A stretch of 58,508 nt of DNA, filler included, from Candidatus Woesearchaeota archaeon (GCA_002685855.1; 3 parts of 3 records of this genome joined end to end with filler, not necessarily neighbours in it); one strand, 5' to 3'. Counted from the whole stretch's first letter, positions 9,272-19,361 are shown. Notes: a model not told the origin generated them from the letters alone. Made by a program: numbers and translations.

Positions 9272-9352
9272 GGTTTTGCGGTTAGGGGGGTTATTTAAAT
9301 AGGTTTTGTGTGTGGGGAAAAGCTTTTTATAGGGTGTGATTCAACCTAGGAT

Positions 9353-9937
9353 ATGGCACATCGTGATAGAGAGCAGAAGCGGGAGAAGAGAAACAGGTTT
9401 TGGATGAGTATTGTTCTTATCTTTTTTATGGTTATTGGGATATTTGGTGTGTTTCAGTCAGGAAGTGAGAAGGAAATTTCAGAGTACAAGGAGTACAAAT
9501 TCGAGAAGATTAATGGCATTTATTATGTTGAGATAGACGGGTATCTGAGAGGATTTAATTTTTTTCCAACACGGCTCGTGAATATTAGTGTTGAGGGATA
9601 TGTGAAAAATGTATTTGATAATGCGCAGATGGTTATTTATGCCTTTGATCCGAATTCAGGAACTCTGAGAAGTGTTGATCAGGTGCGGTATGATCTTTCG
9701 GTGAATCTTCCGAAGAGTTCGTATAGTGTTACTACAAAACAGGATCCGATTTACCAGCTTCCTGTTGGTGATTGTTTAAACTCGACCTATCCTATTCCGG
9801 TTATTCTTTTTGAGGAGTCTGAAGAGGTAGGGATTGTTGAGGATAATAGTTGTATCCGATTGAGGGGAAACAGTAGTGATTTTTATCTTCTAAGAGATCG
9901 GTTGTTGTATGAAGTTTTTGGTGTTATGAATGGTTGA
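9353..9937 (+). CDS. Membrane-anchored hypothetical protein
   Basis: Basic N-terminus, TM helix, extracellular domain ending DRLLYEVFGVM. Confidence 0.75.
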   Translation: MAHRDREQKREKRNRFWMSIVLIFFMVIGIFGVFQSGSEKEISEYKEYKFEKINGIYYVEIDGYLRGFNFFPTRLVNISVEGYVKNVFDNAQMVIYAFDPNSGTLRSVDQVRYDLSVNLPKSSYSVTTKQDPIYQLPVGDCLNSTYPIPVILFEESEEVGIVEDNSCIRLRGNSSDFYLLRDRLLYEVFGVMNG

Positions 9938-10841
9938 AAAAGAGATATTAGATAAGGAAGATATTGATGTGGATTCTAAAAAGAAAGGGAAACGTTCTGT
10001 GAAGAAGAAAGTTCAAAAGAAAAAGTCGGGGAAGGTTGGGGATGTTCCTAATAAAAAAGGGATGAAAGGTGAGGAGGGAAGAAGAGGAGGCGGGGAAGAA
10101 GAAACTGCATCTCTAACAGAGGGGGAGAGGATAGATGGCGAGGAAGATTTTGGTGGGAAGAGTGATGATTCTGTTTCACAAGATGTGAAAGGGGAAGAAT
10201 CTGATCGTTTTGATGAATCTGAGGAGGATTCTGTTTCTGCTACCTATCTTCTTATTGGTGTTGCTGGGTTAGTTGTTTTGTTTTTTGTTTTCTTTTTTGT
10301 GGGGAAAGCGATAATGCCTTCGCCTGCGGAGTCAGAGACTTCGTATAATGGTTTTAGTTTTGTTGAGCAGGCGCCTTTCTGGATGACACAGGTTCAGATA
10401 GGTAATCAAAGGAGTACGATTCCATTCTATTTTCACCCTAAGGATCTTGAAGAAATTAATTATGAGGCGGGTTCTGCTTTGAAAATATTGGAGCTCCCTC
10501 CCGAAGGGAGGGTGTTTATTACCCTTGATCCGGATGATGCTACTGCGAAGGTTGCGATTGCAGGGGTTGAGATAAGCAAGATTATAGGTACAAAGAATAA
10601 TTTGTTAAATATTGAAACCCATTCTGCAACGACTGAATCCCGGGAGGATATTGCGGGTTATCCTGTGAAGACTTGTGCTGATGCGAATGATTTTACCGCT
10701 ATTGTATATTTGAAGAAGGGAGACTGGACTCTTATTTCTACTGAGGGTAATTGTATTATTGTTGAGGCGCGTAATGATGAGGACTTGCTAAAAGCTGCAG
10801 ATCGTTTAACGTATGGTCTTTTGGGGATTATGGAACCATGA
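9930..10841 (+). CDS. Membrane-anchored hypothetical protein, paralog of upstream gene
   Basis: Charged disordered N-terminus, TM, domain ending DRLTYGLLGIM. Confidence 0.75.
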   Translation: MVEKEILDKEDIDVDSKKKGKRSVKKKVQKKKSGKVGDVPNKKGMKGEEGRRGGGEEETASLTEGERIDGEEDFGGKSDDSVSQDVKGEESDRFDESEEDSVSATYLLIGVAGLVVLFFVFFFVGKAIMPSPAESETSYNGFSFVEQAPFWMTQVQIGNQRSTIPFYFHPKDLEEINYEAGSALKILELPPEGRVFITLDPDDATAKVAIAGVEISKIIGTKNNLLNIETHSATTESREDIAGYPVKTCADANDFTAIVYLKKGDWTLISTEGNCIIVEARNDEDLLKAADRLTYGLLGIMEP

Positions 10842-11428
10842 CTCATTATTTTGATGAGAAGCAGAAGAGTTTACTTCGTCCAAAAATAGTTAGTTATTCG
10901 CGTGATGGTGTTGAGTTTTCTTTTAAGACAGGATCTGGTGTGTTTGCAAAGGATAAGGTTGATAGGGGGACGGATGTTCTTCTTACTCATATGCGGCTTC
11001 CTGATTCAGGGAGAGTGCTTGACTTGGGTTGTGGGTATGGTGTTGTTGGGATTGTGGTTGCGAAGCGAGGCGGATATTCTGTGGTGTGTAGTGATGTGAA
11101 TGAGCGGGCTGTGAAGTTGTGTAGATTGAATGGGAAGAGGAATGGTGTTGAGCTGGAAGTTGTGAAGAGTGATCTGTTTTCTGGTGTTGAAGGAGTGTTT
11201 GATTGTGTTCTGTTGAATCCTCCGTATGTTGCGGGGAGGAAGTTAGTGTTTCAGATGCTTGTCGAAAGTTTCGAACATCTTCATACAGGTGGCACGTTAC
11301 AGGTTGTTGCGCGGCACCAGAAGGGAGGCAAGGCGATCCGGGATCGGATGGAGGAGATATTTGGGACTGTTGAGGATGTTGGAAGAGGGTCAGGGTTTCA
11401 TTTGTATGTGAGTAAGAAGAAGGATTAG
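10838..11428 (+). CDS. Class I SAM methyltransferase (RsmC/MTS-like)
   Basis: HYF, SGVFAK..VDRGT, VLDLGCGYG, NPPY. Confidence 0.88.
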   Translation: MTHYFDEKQKSLLRPKIVSYSRDGVEFSFKTGSGVFAKDKVDRGTDVLLTHMRLPDSGRVLDLGCGYGVVGIVVAKRGGYSVVCSDVNERAVKLCRLNGKRNGVELEVVKSDLFSGVEGVFDCVLLNPPYVAGRKLVFQMLVESFEHLHTGGTLQVVARHQKGGKAIRDRMEEIFGTVEDVGRGSGFHLYVSKKKD

Positions 11429-11496
11429 TTTGAGGGTGTGAACGGGAGTACGAGGCCTAATGTGTGAGGATTGTCTGTAGAAGGGGGCTTATATGA

Positions 11497-11979
11497 TTAT
11501 GGTTGTGGTTCTTGGTATGTGCCTTTGAGAATGCTTTGAAGAGCTTCTAAACGAAAAGGTTTAGGTATGTGAAGGATTGCATTGAGGTTTTTTGTATCTG
11601 TTCTTGCTTCTGTTATATGTGAGGTATATCCTGAGGAGATAACGAGGGTCATTCTTTGGATTTTGGTTGGGTTTGGTTCGGTACTATTCGATCGGGTTCG
11701 GTTTGTATTTGATTCGTTCGCTTCTTGCTCTAATGTTCGAATCTGACGTGCGATTGAAGCTCCTGAACCATAGGCAGGTATGGAGCTTGGAAAGTTTTGA
11801 TCAAGCCATGCAAGACAATAGGTGTCTAAATCGTTTTTTTCGAGAAGTGCTTGTGCTTGATCTCCTGTTGTTGCGAGATCGGCTGTGTAGCCAAAGTCGT
11901 CGCAGGCCATTTTGATTAATGGACCTAATGCAGGATCATCTTCTACAAGTAATACTCTTCCTTCGAGGGGGGGTGCCAT
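11497..11979 (-). CDS. Stand-alone response regulator receiver domain
   Basis: VLLVEDD, phospho-Asp WLDQNFP, SSG, KPF. Confidence 0.8.
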   Translation of the reverse strand: MAPPLEGRVLLVEDDPALGPLIKMACDDFGYTADLATTGDQAQALLEKNDLDTYCLAWLDQNFPSSIPAYGSGASIARQIRTLEQEANESNTNRTRSNSTEPNPTKIQRMTLVISSGYTSHITEARTDTKNLNAILHIPKPFRLEALQSILKGTYQEPQP

Positions 11980-12104
11980 CTTTGTGGAGAATGCTTTTCT
12001 TTTATAAAGTTTACTGTTTTTGCGTCTTGGAGGTGGTGACAGAATAGAGGAGAGATTGAATGTTTGACAAAAGTTATTTAAAAGGTGAGATTTTGAACTG
12101 TTAG

Positions 12105-12824
12105 ATGAGGAGGTATCTGATCCTGATCTGTTTATTGGTTATTGGGTGTGGTGTTGAGCAGGGTGTTCCAGAAGGTACGAGCATGGTTAATGAAGAAGTG
12201 GGTGTGAGTAGGGTTGTTCTTTCGACAGAGGATGGGATGGGAATTGTTGCAAGCCACTATGCTGCACCGTCTGAGGTTGGCATTATTCTACTCCATCAGT
12301 TGAATCTGGATCGGCATAGTTATGATGAGTTTGTGGGTTTGCTGAAGGAGTATAATACTATTTCTATTGATTTTCGGGGGCATGGTGAGAGTGATGGGGA
12401 TTGGAAGGAGTTTAGTGATGATAATTTTATTGCGATGCAGAGGGATGTAGCAGCTGCAAAGAATGCTCTTCGAGAGTCGGGTAGTTCGAAGTTTGTTATT
12501 ATTGGGGCTAGTATTGGGGCGAATAGTGCTATTAATTTTGGGGCTAAAGAGGATGATGTGATTGGAGTGGGTGCATTGAGCCCGGGTTTGGTGTATCGGG
12601 GAATTCGGAGTGAACACCTTGTTAGTGAGTATACAGGGAATCTTTTGATTGTGGTTTCAGATGAGGATCAGTATAGTTATGAGTCAAGCCAGCACCTTTT
12701 TGAGGCGAGCTCTGCAGTGAAGGAGTTGAAGGTTTATCAGAATGCGGGGCATGGGACAAATATGTTTGAGAATACTGATTTGAAGGTGTATCTTGTTCAA
12801 TGGGTGCGGAAGGTGGTGGGATAG
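12105..12824 (+). CDS. Secreted/lipoprotein alpha/beta hydrolase
   Basis: Signal peptide LVIGC; DFRGHGES, nucleophile elbow GASIG, AGHG. Confidence 0.85.
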   Translation: MRRYLILICLLVIGCGVEQGVPEGTSMVNEEVGVSRVVLSTEDGMGIVASHYAAPSEVGIILLHQLNLDRHSYDEFVGLLKEYNTISIDFRGHGESDGDWKEFSDDNFIAMQRDVAAAKNALRESGSSKFVIIGASIGANSAINFGAKEDDVIGVGALSPGLVYRGIRSEHLVSEYTGNLLIVVSDEDQYSYESSQHLFEASSAVKELKVYQNAGHGTNMFENTDLKVYLVQWVRKVVG

Positions 12825-13424
12825 ATGGGAGTTATTTCATTTTTAGAGGTGTTTGATATTGCTGTTATGAGTTTGTTTCTTGGGTATCTTTTTCATGATG
12901 TGGTATTTCCCCGGCATCGCGCTGTTTTGGTAGATCCTGAATTGACCTATAAGCACGGGTTTGACTGGAAGAGTTTTTGGTATGCGACAGCGGCATTGGC
13001 ACCGAGTGTGATTTTGCATGAGCTTGCTCACAAATTTGTGGCGATGGGGTATGGGATGGAGGCTACGTTCCATGCATTTTATGCTAATAGTTTTACTTTT
13101 CTATTGGGGATTTTCGCGATTGCTTCAAAGGTTTTTAATTTTGGTTTTTTCCTTCTTGTTCCGGGATTTGTGAGCATTCGGGGGACGGGTACGCCGTTGG
13201 AGTTTGGCCTTATTGCGTTTGCTGGTCCTGCGGTTCATTTAATTCTATGGCTGGGAAGTATGCTTGTACTAAAGGTTCACAAAAAGTTGAGTTCAACTCA
13301 GAAGGTGATGGTTATTCTTGTTAAGCAGATTAATATGTTCTTATTTATTTTTAATATGCTTCCAATTCCTGGATTTGACGGATTCAGCGTCTACAGCAAC
13401 ATTTTACGTGGCTTGGGCGGTTGA
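12825..13424 (+). CDS. Site-2 protease family (M50) membrane metalloprotease
   Basis: HELAH, AFAGP, FNMLPIPGFDG. Confidence 0.88.
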   Translation: MGVISFLEVFDIAVMSLFLGYLFHDVVFPRHRAVLVDPELTYKHGFDWKSFWYATAALAPSVILHELAHKFVAMGYGMEATFHAFYANSFTFLLGIFAIASKVFNFGFFLLVPGFVSIRGTGTPLEFGLIAFAGPAVHLILWLGSMLVLKVHKKLSSTQKVMVILVKQINMFLFIFNMLPIPGFDGFSVYSNILRGLGG

Positions 13425-13474
13425 TTGGTCAACAGGATAAAAATCTTTAAATAGTACCTGAAAAATACTAATTT

Positions 13475-15064
13475 ATGCCAAAATGGATTGTTGTTACAGG
13501 AGGTGTTCTGTCTGGATTAGGCAAGGGAGTCGCATCGGCTTCTATTGGTAAGCTTCTTAATACCCAGAAGATTGTTCCTATCAAGTGTGATGGATATTTG
13601 AATGTTGATCCAGGAACGATGAATCCTATTGAACATGGAGAGGTGTTTGTTCTTGAGGATGGAGGAGAGGTGGATATGGATTTTGGACATTATGAACGGT
13701 TTCTGGGAGTTATGTGTAAGAGTGAATGGAATCTTACTATGGGAAAGGTGTTTCATAAAATACGTGAAAAGGAACGTAGAGGGGATTATCTCGGGAAGAC
13801 GGTGCAGTTTATTCCTCATGTCACTCAGCTCATTAAAGACTGGTGGAGAGAGATTGCACAAAAGGAAGAGGCTGACGTGATGTTGGTTGAGATCGGAGGA
13901 ACTGTGGGAGATATTGAAAATGAGTTATATATTGAAGCTGCGCGGCAACTTCAGCACGAAGAGGAAAGAAAGGATTCGCTTTTTATTCATCTCACCTATG
14001 TTCCAACTCCAAAAGGAACAAAAGAACAGAAATCAAAACCCACACAACAAAGTGTAAATCTTCTTCTGCAAAAGGGTATTCAGCCCGATATTGTTATTGG
14101 GAGATGCAGAGAGGATCTGGATGAGTCTGTTAAGGAGAAGATTGCGCTCTTCTCTAATCTCAATAAAGATGCAGTGATATCCGGTATGGATATGGAGGAT
14201 ATCTATGAAGTGCCTGTAACATTTTATGAGCAGGGTATTTTAGATAATATTAATAAAAAATTAAAGACGAATTATTCTGCGGATCTTGTAGACTGGAAAA
14301 AACTAGTTCAACAACGAAAAGAACCAACTCAGGATATTTGTATTGCAATTTGTGGCAAGTATACCCGACTGGAAGATAGTTATGCAAGTATTGTCGAAGC
14401 ATTAAATCATTGTTCTGCACATTTTAAGACACGAATTTCATTGAAGTGGATAGAAACATCAAAAGAAGAAGATATTGATTCTGTGTTAAACGATGTAGAT
14501 GCAGTTATTATCCCTGGGGGCTTTGGGAAACGTGGTATTGAAGGAAAGATTGCTGTTGCACGTTTTTGTCGAATGCACAAGATTCCACTTTTGGGAATCT
14601 GTTTAGGGCTTCAAGTCATGGTTGTTGAGTATGCACGAAATGTGTGTGGTCTTGATGATGCGAACAGCACAGAGTTTAATGAGACAAAGCATCCTGTTGT
14701 TGATATTCTCCCTGAGCAGCTTTCAGTAAAGAATAAGGGTGGAACTATGCGTCTTGGTGCCTATGAGACAGAGCTTGTTGTTGGAAGTCAGATGGCCACT
14801 TCGATTTATCGGTCGGACAAAGCATCAGAGCGGCATCGTCATCGGTTTGAGGTTAATCCTGAGTTTCATCGTGCGTTTGAGGGAAAGGATCTTGTGTTCA
14901 GCGGCACTTCTCAGAATGGAAGACTTGTCGAATTTATTGAATTGAAGGGCCACCCGTATTATGTAGGGACCCAAGGACATCCTGAGCTGAAATCTTCCTT
15001 GTTGAGGCCTGCACCGCTCTTTTGTGGGCTTATTAAAGCCACTCTGGAGAAGAAAGCTTTATAA
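13475..15064 (+). CDS. pyrG: CTP synthase
   Basis: GGVLSGLGKG, NVDPGTM, GHYERF, GICLG, ERHRHR, HPE. Confidence 0.97.
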   Translation: MPKWIVVTGGVLSGLGKGVASASIGKLLNTQKIVPIKCDGYLNVDPGTMNPIEHGEVFVLEDGGEVDMDFGHYERFLGVMCKSEWNLTMGKVFHKIREKERRGDYLGKTVQFIPHVTQLIKDWWREIAQKEEADVMLVEIGGTVGDIENELYIEAARQLQHEEERKDSLFIHLTYVPTPKGTKEQKSKPTQQSVNLLLQKGIQPDIVIGRCREDLDESVKEKIALFSNLNKDAVISGMDMEDIYEVPVTFYEQGILDNINKKLKTNYSADLVDWKKLVQQRKEPTQDICIAICGKYTRLEDSYASIVEALNHCSAHFKTRISLKWIETSKEEDIDSVLNDVDAVIIPGGFGKRGIEGKIAVARFCRMHKIPLLGICLGLQVMVVEYARNVCGLDDANSTEFNETKHPVVDILPEQLSVKNKGGTMRLGAYETELVVGSQMATSIYRSDKASERHRHRFEVNPEFHRAFEGKDLVFSGTSQNGRLVEFIELKGHPYYVGTQGHPELKSSLLRPAPLFCGLIKATLEKKAL

Positions 15065-15087
15065 AAGGGGCAGAGTTTCTGGAGGGT

Positions 15088-15261
15088 ATGAACACTCAAT
15101 TAATGTGCGTTTCCTGTAATACCACCCTTGTAAACAGCAAGGGAGGAGCGGTATTTCCCTGCCCTCAGTGTGGAAAACACCAGATTCTTCGGTGCAAAAA
15201 TTGCAGAGAGATTGCAGCAAAATATACCTGTCCTGAATGTTCATTTACAGGACCTAACTAA
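15088..15261 (+). CDS. Double zinc-ribbon protein (DUF1610-like, 57 aa; absent from ORF track)
   Basis: MNTQLMCVSC...FPCPQCG...RCKNCR...YTCPECSFTGPN; conserved archaeal position directly upstream of aEF-1beta. Confidence 0.88.
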   Translation: MNTQLMCVSCNTTLVNSKGGAVFPCPQCGKHQILRCKNCREIAAKYTCPECSFTGPN

Positions 15262-15263
15262 AC

Positions 15264-15542
15264 ATGGCAGATGCAGTAGTAACATTAAAAATTATGCCTG
15301 AGAGCCCTGATACTGATCTTGAAGCACTTAAAAATGCAGCACTTTCTGAGATAAAAGCGTTTTGTAATGAGACTCAAACCAAGTGTGAGGAACAACCTGT
15401 TGCGTTTGGTCTTAAGGCAGTACAAATAATTTTTGTAATGGATGAATCAATTGGCTCTACAGAATCTCTTGAAACAAAGATTTCAGAAATTTCTGGTGTG
15501 AACTCGGTTGAGGTCACTGATGTTAGAAGGGCTATTGGATAG
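15264..15542 (+). CDS. ef1b: Translation elongation factor aEF-1beta
   Basis: LKIMPES, EEQPVAFGLKA, ISGVNSVEV. Confidence 0.93.
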   Translation: MADAVVTLKIMPESPDTDLEALKNAALSEIKAFCNETQTKCEEQPVAFGLKAVQIIFVMDESIGSTESLETKISEISGVNSVEVTDVRRAIG

Positions 15543-15615
15543 TTTTTGGGGGATTCCAAGTTGCTTTGTTTTGAAGTAGCATAGTACTTTTTTTTAATTA
15601 TTGACGGCGATACCA

Positions 15616-16131
15616 ATGAGAAAAAAAGAAAAGATAAGAACTCAGTATCATTATGTTCGTCCTGATGGCAGCATTTTAGGATTCAGCAGCGATACGTTTT
15701 ATGATAACGGTAAAAAAGCACCGTTTGTATTCCGAGTTAATTTAAAGCGGCATTCTTTTGAAGGGAAGATAGATGCAGGGGGTTTTAACAGGGGGTCTAA
15801 AAGATGGAACTATCTTGTCGAGATGATAGAAATGATTCCTCCCGAGATAGCACAAAGGTATTTTGAATGGAGAGATGATGAGGATATCATCTATAAGTGT
15901 TCAAATCCCCAACTTATCCACTTTGAAAGTGTTCGGAGATTTCCAAAAGGGTTTCTTTTTAGCTTAGGAGATAAGATCGGGCATACGGTTCTAAAAGAGT
16001 ATAAAGCAAGGGTAATTAATTGTTCAAAGTTAGGGAAGGGTATCTATCGTATTCAAGGAGGGATTATTCAGGAAATTCCACAGTGGTTTTGTGAGGAGGT
16101 TCGTGCTGCAGAAGAGGTTCGGAGAGGTTAG
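15616..16131 (+). CDS. Hypothetical protein
   Basis: Long ORF filling intergenic space; no recognised motif; ATG start at 15616 preferred. Confidence 0.55.
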   Translation: MRKKEKIRTQYHYVRPDGSILGFSSDTFYDNGKKAPFVFRVNLKRHSFEGKIDAGGFNRGSKRWNYLVEMIEMIPPEIAQRYFEWRDDEDIIYKCSNPQLIHFESVRRFPKGFLFSLGDKIGHTVLKEYKARVINCSKLGKGIYRIQGGIIQEIPQWFCEEVRAAEEVRRG

Positions 16132-17183
16132 ATTTTTTTCTTTTTTAAAAGATTCTTGAGTAGTGAGATAAACTCTTTTTCTGATGCTGTTGTTTTTATT
16201 CCGTATTGTGAGAAGTGTGTTCTTGATGCTTTGAACTTTTTTTGGGTGAGTGCTTTGAATATCTCTTCTGTTCTGGGAATGTCTTTGAGTTTTTCTTTTT
16301 TTACGATTTTGTGGGTGTCGTAGAAGCCTATTGTGTTGATTTGGGATTCGGCGAGGAGGAGGGAGAGAAATTCTTTGTTCTGTTTGGCAATTTTGCACAT
16401 TTTTTTGAGGAGTTTTTGGTCGGAAAGGTTGCCTGTCCAAAGGGGGCCTGCATTCTGGAATGTGGTGTGGTTGCTGATTAGGGTGTCGCATTGTTGTTTT
16501 CCTTTTTTGCAGAGGAAGAATACGCGCGTGTAATGGTCTTTTGCATAGGACAGGATAGGAAGAAGTGCTTTGTCGTATGCAGTTCCGATGAGTTGGACTC
16601 TTCGTATAAGAATTCGTAATCCGATTTCGTGCATGAGTTCGTTGCGGAGGGGAGTAGCCCAATATTTCCGTTTGCAAGTTGTGGGGAATGTTCCGGCAAG
16701 GGCTCCGGTGTCTGTGGCGGTTACTGCGAGGATTCCGTCTCGGGAGAGTGCTTTGATTGCTGTGTCGAGGAAGGCGATGGGTGGACCGAATGGGTCGATG
16801 TCTATGTAGTCTGCTCCTCTGTTTTCGAGGAGGAAGAGGTTTGCATCTTTGTTTGAGATTGTGATTTTTTTGTTTTTTTCGAGGTTGTTTTTTTTGAGTT
16901 GCTTTTTGAGTTTTTGTTTATAGGATTCTATGTAGTCGTTGAAGTGGATTTGTTTTATTGATTTTGGGGGGAGTTCTTTTAGGAATCGCATACCTCGTAT
17001 GCCTGATGCTGCGAGTGGGAGAAGGATGTTCATGGATTCTTTGTTGAGTGCTGAAAGGAGGAGGACAGAGATGTCTCTGTTGAGTTTCATTACAGGATTA
17101 TAGAATACAGGGAGTTTTTTTGAGATTTTTGTTTCTTTGTCGAGGATTAGGTGGATTGTTTCTTCCTGGATTGTTCTGGGCAT
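16128..17183 (-). CDS. trm1: tRNA (guanine26-N2)-dimethyltransferase Trm1
   Basis: VFYNPVMKLNRD, AASGIRG, DIDPFG, VTATD, GPLW; start moved to MPRTIQE. Confidence 0.93.
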   Translation of the reverse strand: MPRTIQEETIHLILDKETKISKKLPVFYNPVMKLNRDISVLLLSALNKESMNILLPLAASGIRGMRFLKELPPKSIKQIHFNDYIESYKQKLKKQLKKNNLEKNKKITISNKDANLFLLENRGADYIDIDPFGPPIAFLDTAIKALSRDGILAVTATDTGALAGTFPTTCKRKYWATPLRNELMHEIGLRILIRRVQLIGTAYDKALLPILSYAKDHYTRVFFLCKKGKQQCDTLISNHTTFQNAGPLWTGNLSDQKLLKKMCKIAKQNKEFLSLLLAESQINTIGFYDTHKIVKKEKLKDIPRTEEIFKALTQKKFKASRTHFSQYGIKTTASEKEFISLLKNLLKKKKI

Positions 17184-17241
17184 TGTTAGAAAAAGGAGGG
17201 TTTTCTTAAAAAGGTTGTGGATGAGTAATAGATAATTTGTT

Positions 17242-17451
17242 TTATACCATCTGTTTATCAACTTGAAAATCTTCTTTATTTAGTATTTTTGTTGCATTAA
17301 GAATTTCAACACCGATGAGCTTACCGTTTGCATCAAAGTCGAGATTGATGTTTTCATGAACCTGCTTAGTTTTCTTAACTTCGCGGTCTTTTATAGGGAA
17401 TTTTAGATAGATGTATGCAGCGTCCACTTCTTTGTCATATTCGAGTTTCAT
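17242..17451 (-). CDS. DUF2283 protein (putative antitoxin)
   Basis: YDKEVDAAYI...INLDFDANGKLIGVEILNA. Confidence 0.85.
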   Translation of the reverse strand: MKLEYDKEVDAAYIYLKFPIKDREVKKTKQVHENINLDFDANGKLIGVEILNATKILNKEDFQVDKQMV

Positions 17452-17454
17452 TGG

Positions 17455-17664
17455 TTATACCACTGTAATAATCTTTATATAGCTTTCTGTCTGAATATAG
17501 ACAACTTTAATAGATCGTCTATTTATCTGACCCACAGCTTGTTTTCTTCCTTGAAAGGAACTTAGTATTTTTAAGGGGTGTCTTAAAACATGCTTAATAT
17601 CCTGCTTTGTTATGCTTCTTTGGCGCATTCTTTTTAAAGCATGATCTGAAATGATCAGGTTCAT
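17455..17664 (-). CDS. DUF4258 protein (putative RelE-like toxin)
   Basis: SDHALKRMRQRSI...IKVVY...IITV; paired with DUF2283. Confidence 0.82.
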   Translation of the reverse strand: MNLIISDHALKRMRQRSITKQDIKHVLRHPLKILSSFQGRKQAVGQINRRSIKVVYIQTESYIKIITVV

Positions 17665-17772
17665 AGTATATGCGTTTAGGGCTTCTTAATAGGAGTTTCT
17701 GATAAAAATCCGAAGATCTTTCGAAAAATTCGATACAGAAGCATTTAAAAAAAGGGCATGGTTTACATCTAT

Positions 17773-18512
17773 ATGGCTACAAGAAGTCCTATTGTGTCTG
17801 TATTAGGCCATGTTGATCATGGTAAGAGCAGTATTCTGGATCGGATTAGGGGTACGAATATTGTGGCAGGGGAGGCTGGAGGGATTACGCAGGCGATTGG
17901 GGCGAGCATTATTCCGTTGGAGACGATACAGAAGAAGTGCGGGAAGCTTCTTGAGGCGTTGAATATGGATTTAACTATTCCTGGGTTGTTGTTTATTGAT
18001 ACGCCGGGACACGCTGCTTTTACGAATTTGAGAAAGCGTGGTGGGAATCTGGCTGATATTGCTATCTTGGTGGTTGATTTAAATGAGGGATTAAAGGCTC
18101 AGACTAAAGAGGCTATTGAGATTCTTTTGAGTTATAAGACTCCTTTTATTATTGCTGCGAATAAGTTGGATCTTGTTCCGGGGTATCGTAAGGCGAGTGA
18201 GTTTGTTATTCAGGATATTGAAGCACAGTCTCCCCGGACAAAGGAGTTGATTCAGACGAAGATTTATGAGTTGGTTGGGCAGATTTTTGATCTTACTAAA
18301 CTTGAGTCTGATCGGTTTGATAGTGTGGATGATTATACGAAAAAGTTGGCAATTATTCCTACGTCGGCTGTTTCTGGACAGGGTATTTCTGAGTTACTCA
18401 TGGTTTTGACGGGGTTGGCTCAGAGGTATTTTGAAGAGCATTTGAAGATTGATGTGGAGGGTATGGGTAAGGGAACGATTCTTGAGGTTAAGGAGGAGAA
18501 AGGTCTTGGGAC
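17773..18512 (+). CDS. infB: Translation initiation factor aIF5B/IF-2 (5' part, cut by contig end)
   Basis: GHVDHGKS, GGITQAIGA, DTPGH, NKLD, SAVSG. Confidence 0.95.
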
Positions 18513-18612
18513 NNNNNNNNNNNNNNNNNNNNNNNNNNNNNNNNNNNNNNNNNNNNTTAATTAATTAANNNNNNNNNNNNNNNNNNNNNNNNNNNNNNNN
18601 NNNNNNNNNNNN
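18513..18612. other. Artificial contig-joining spacer
   Basis: N runs flanking TTAATTAATTAA (stops in all frames), 100 bp. Confidence 0.97.
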
Positions 18613-18710
18613 AGTCACTAAATCGTTCCTAACTTTATCTTCGATAAAGTATAGTCACTAAATCGTTCCTAACTTTATCTTCGATAAAGTATAGTCACTA
18701 AGTCATTCCT
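18613..18710. repeat. 40-bp tandem repeat (2 exact copies plus degenerate partial) with internal hairpin
   Basis: AGTCACTAAATCGTTCCTAACTTTATCTTCGATAAAGTAT at 18613 and 18653; partial AGTCACTAAGTCATTCCT at 18693. Confidence 0.9.
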
Positions 18711-19028
18711 CTCTTATTCTACAATTAACTACAGAAAATATTCTATGTTTCAGGCGGCCTTCGGCCGGAGAAGAATAGTCCAGAATCACATCCTTTAGAA
18801 ACCTATTTAAACCCTCAAACGTTCCTATAGGATGCCCCAATCATACATACTAGATGTTCAACACAAGCGGTTAGAACAAAAAGTTAGAGTATATACTTCT
18901 CCAATTCCAGAATCAGAAAAAGAGAATCTGTCCTTTTAAGCTCTTTTAATTGGTGTTGGTTTCAATAAAATTTCCATTTTTATAAAAGAACGAGTTGGGG
19001 GCTAAAAACAAGCGGGGCTTTGGCTCAA

Positions 19029-19361
19029 CTATATGAAACCTCTTAGGAGTATCATAAGTGCTAATCCAATCAACAATCCACTAATTAAAACTGCAGGCAA
19101 CAAACAAGCTAAAGCCGCTTTTCCTTTTGAAATATTATGTACCTTGGAAAGACCAATAATCATCAGAATAATTGAATAGATTATTGCTAAAAATCCAACT
19201 ATTGGAACAACACTTATTATCAAATATGGAATCATACTATATGTATAGACATTATATGAACTTGAATATTTTCCTTCTCCTTTAAATGCAATTATTAGGG
19301 CATGAGAAATGGATTCAGCAACTTTATTTATAATTCTTGCAGAAATCTTGAAAGCAAACAC
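19029..19361 (-). pseudogene. Yip1-domain membrane protein, apparently 5'-truncated
   Basis: YSMIPY...PIVG.LAIIYSIILMIIGLSKVHNISKGKAALA matches Yip1 C-terminal half; N-terminal half missing. Confidence 0.55.

Noticed and set aside
17242..17664. DUF4258/DUF2283 pair as a novel defence system
   Set aside because: A common predicted toxin-antitoxin pair in archaea; nothing unusual here
18513..18612. TTAATTAATTAA palindrome inside N runs (also 42408-42507)
   Set aside because: Synthetic scaffold linker, not biological; infB, the 42038 gene and nreA are truncated by assembly, not pseudogenes
18613..18710. Possible CRISPR array
   Set aside because: Units are directly adjacent with no unique spacers, and there are no cas genes in the window
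18613..18770. DGR-type GRA-loop hairpins
   Set aside because: No reverse transcriptase and no TR/VR pair differing at adenines was seen in the window
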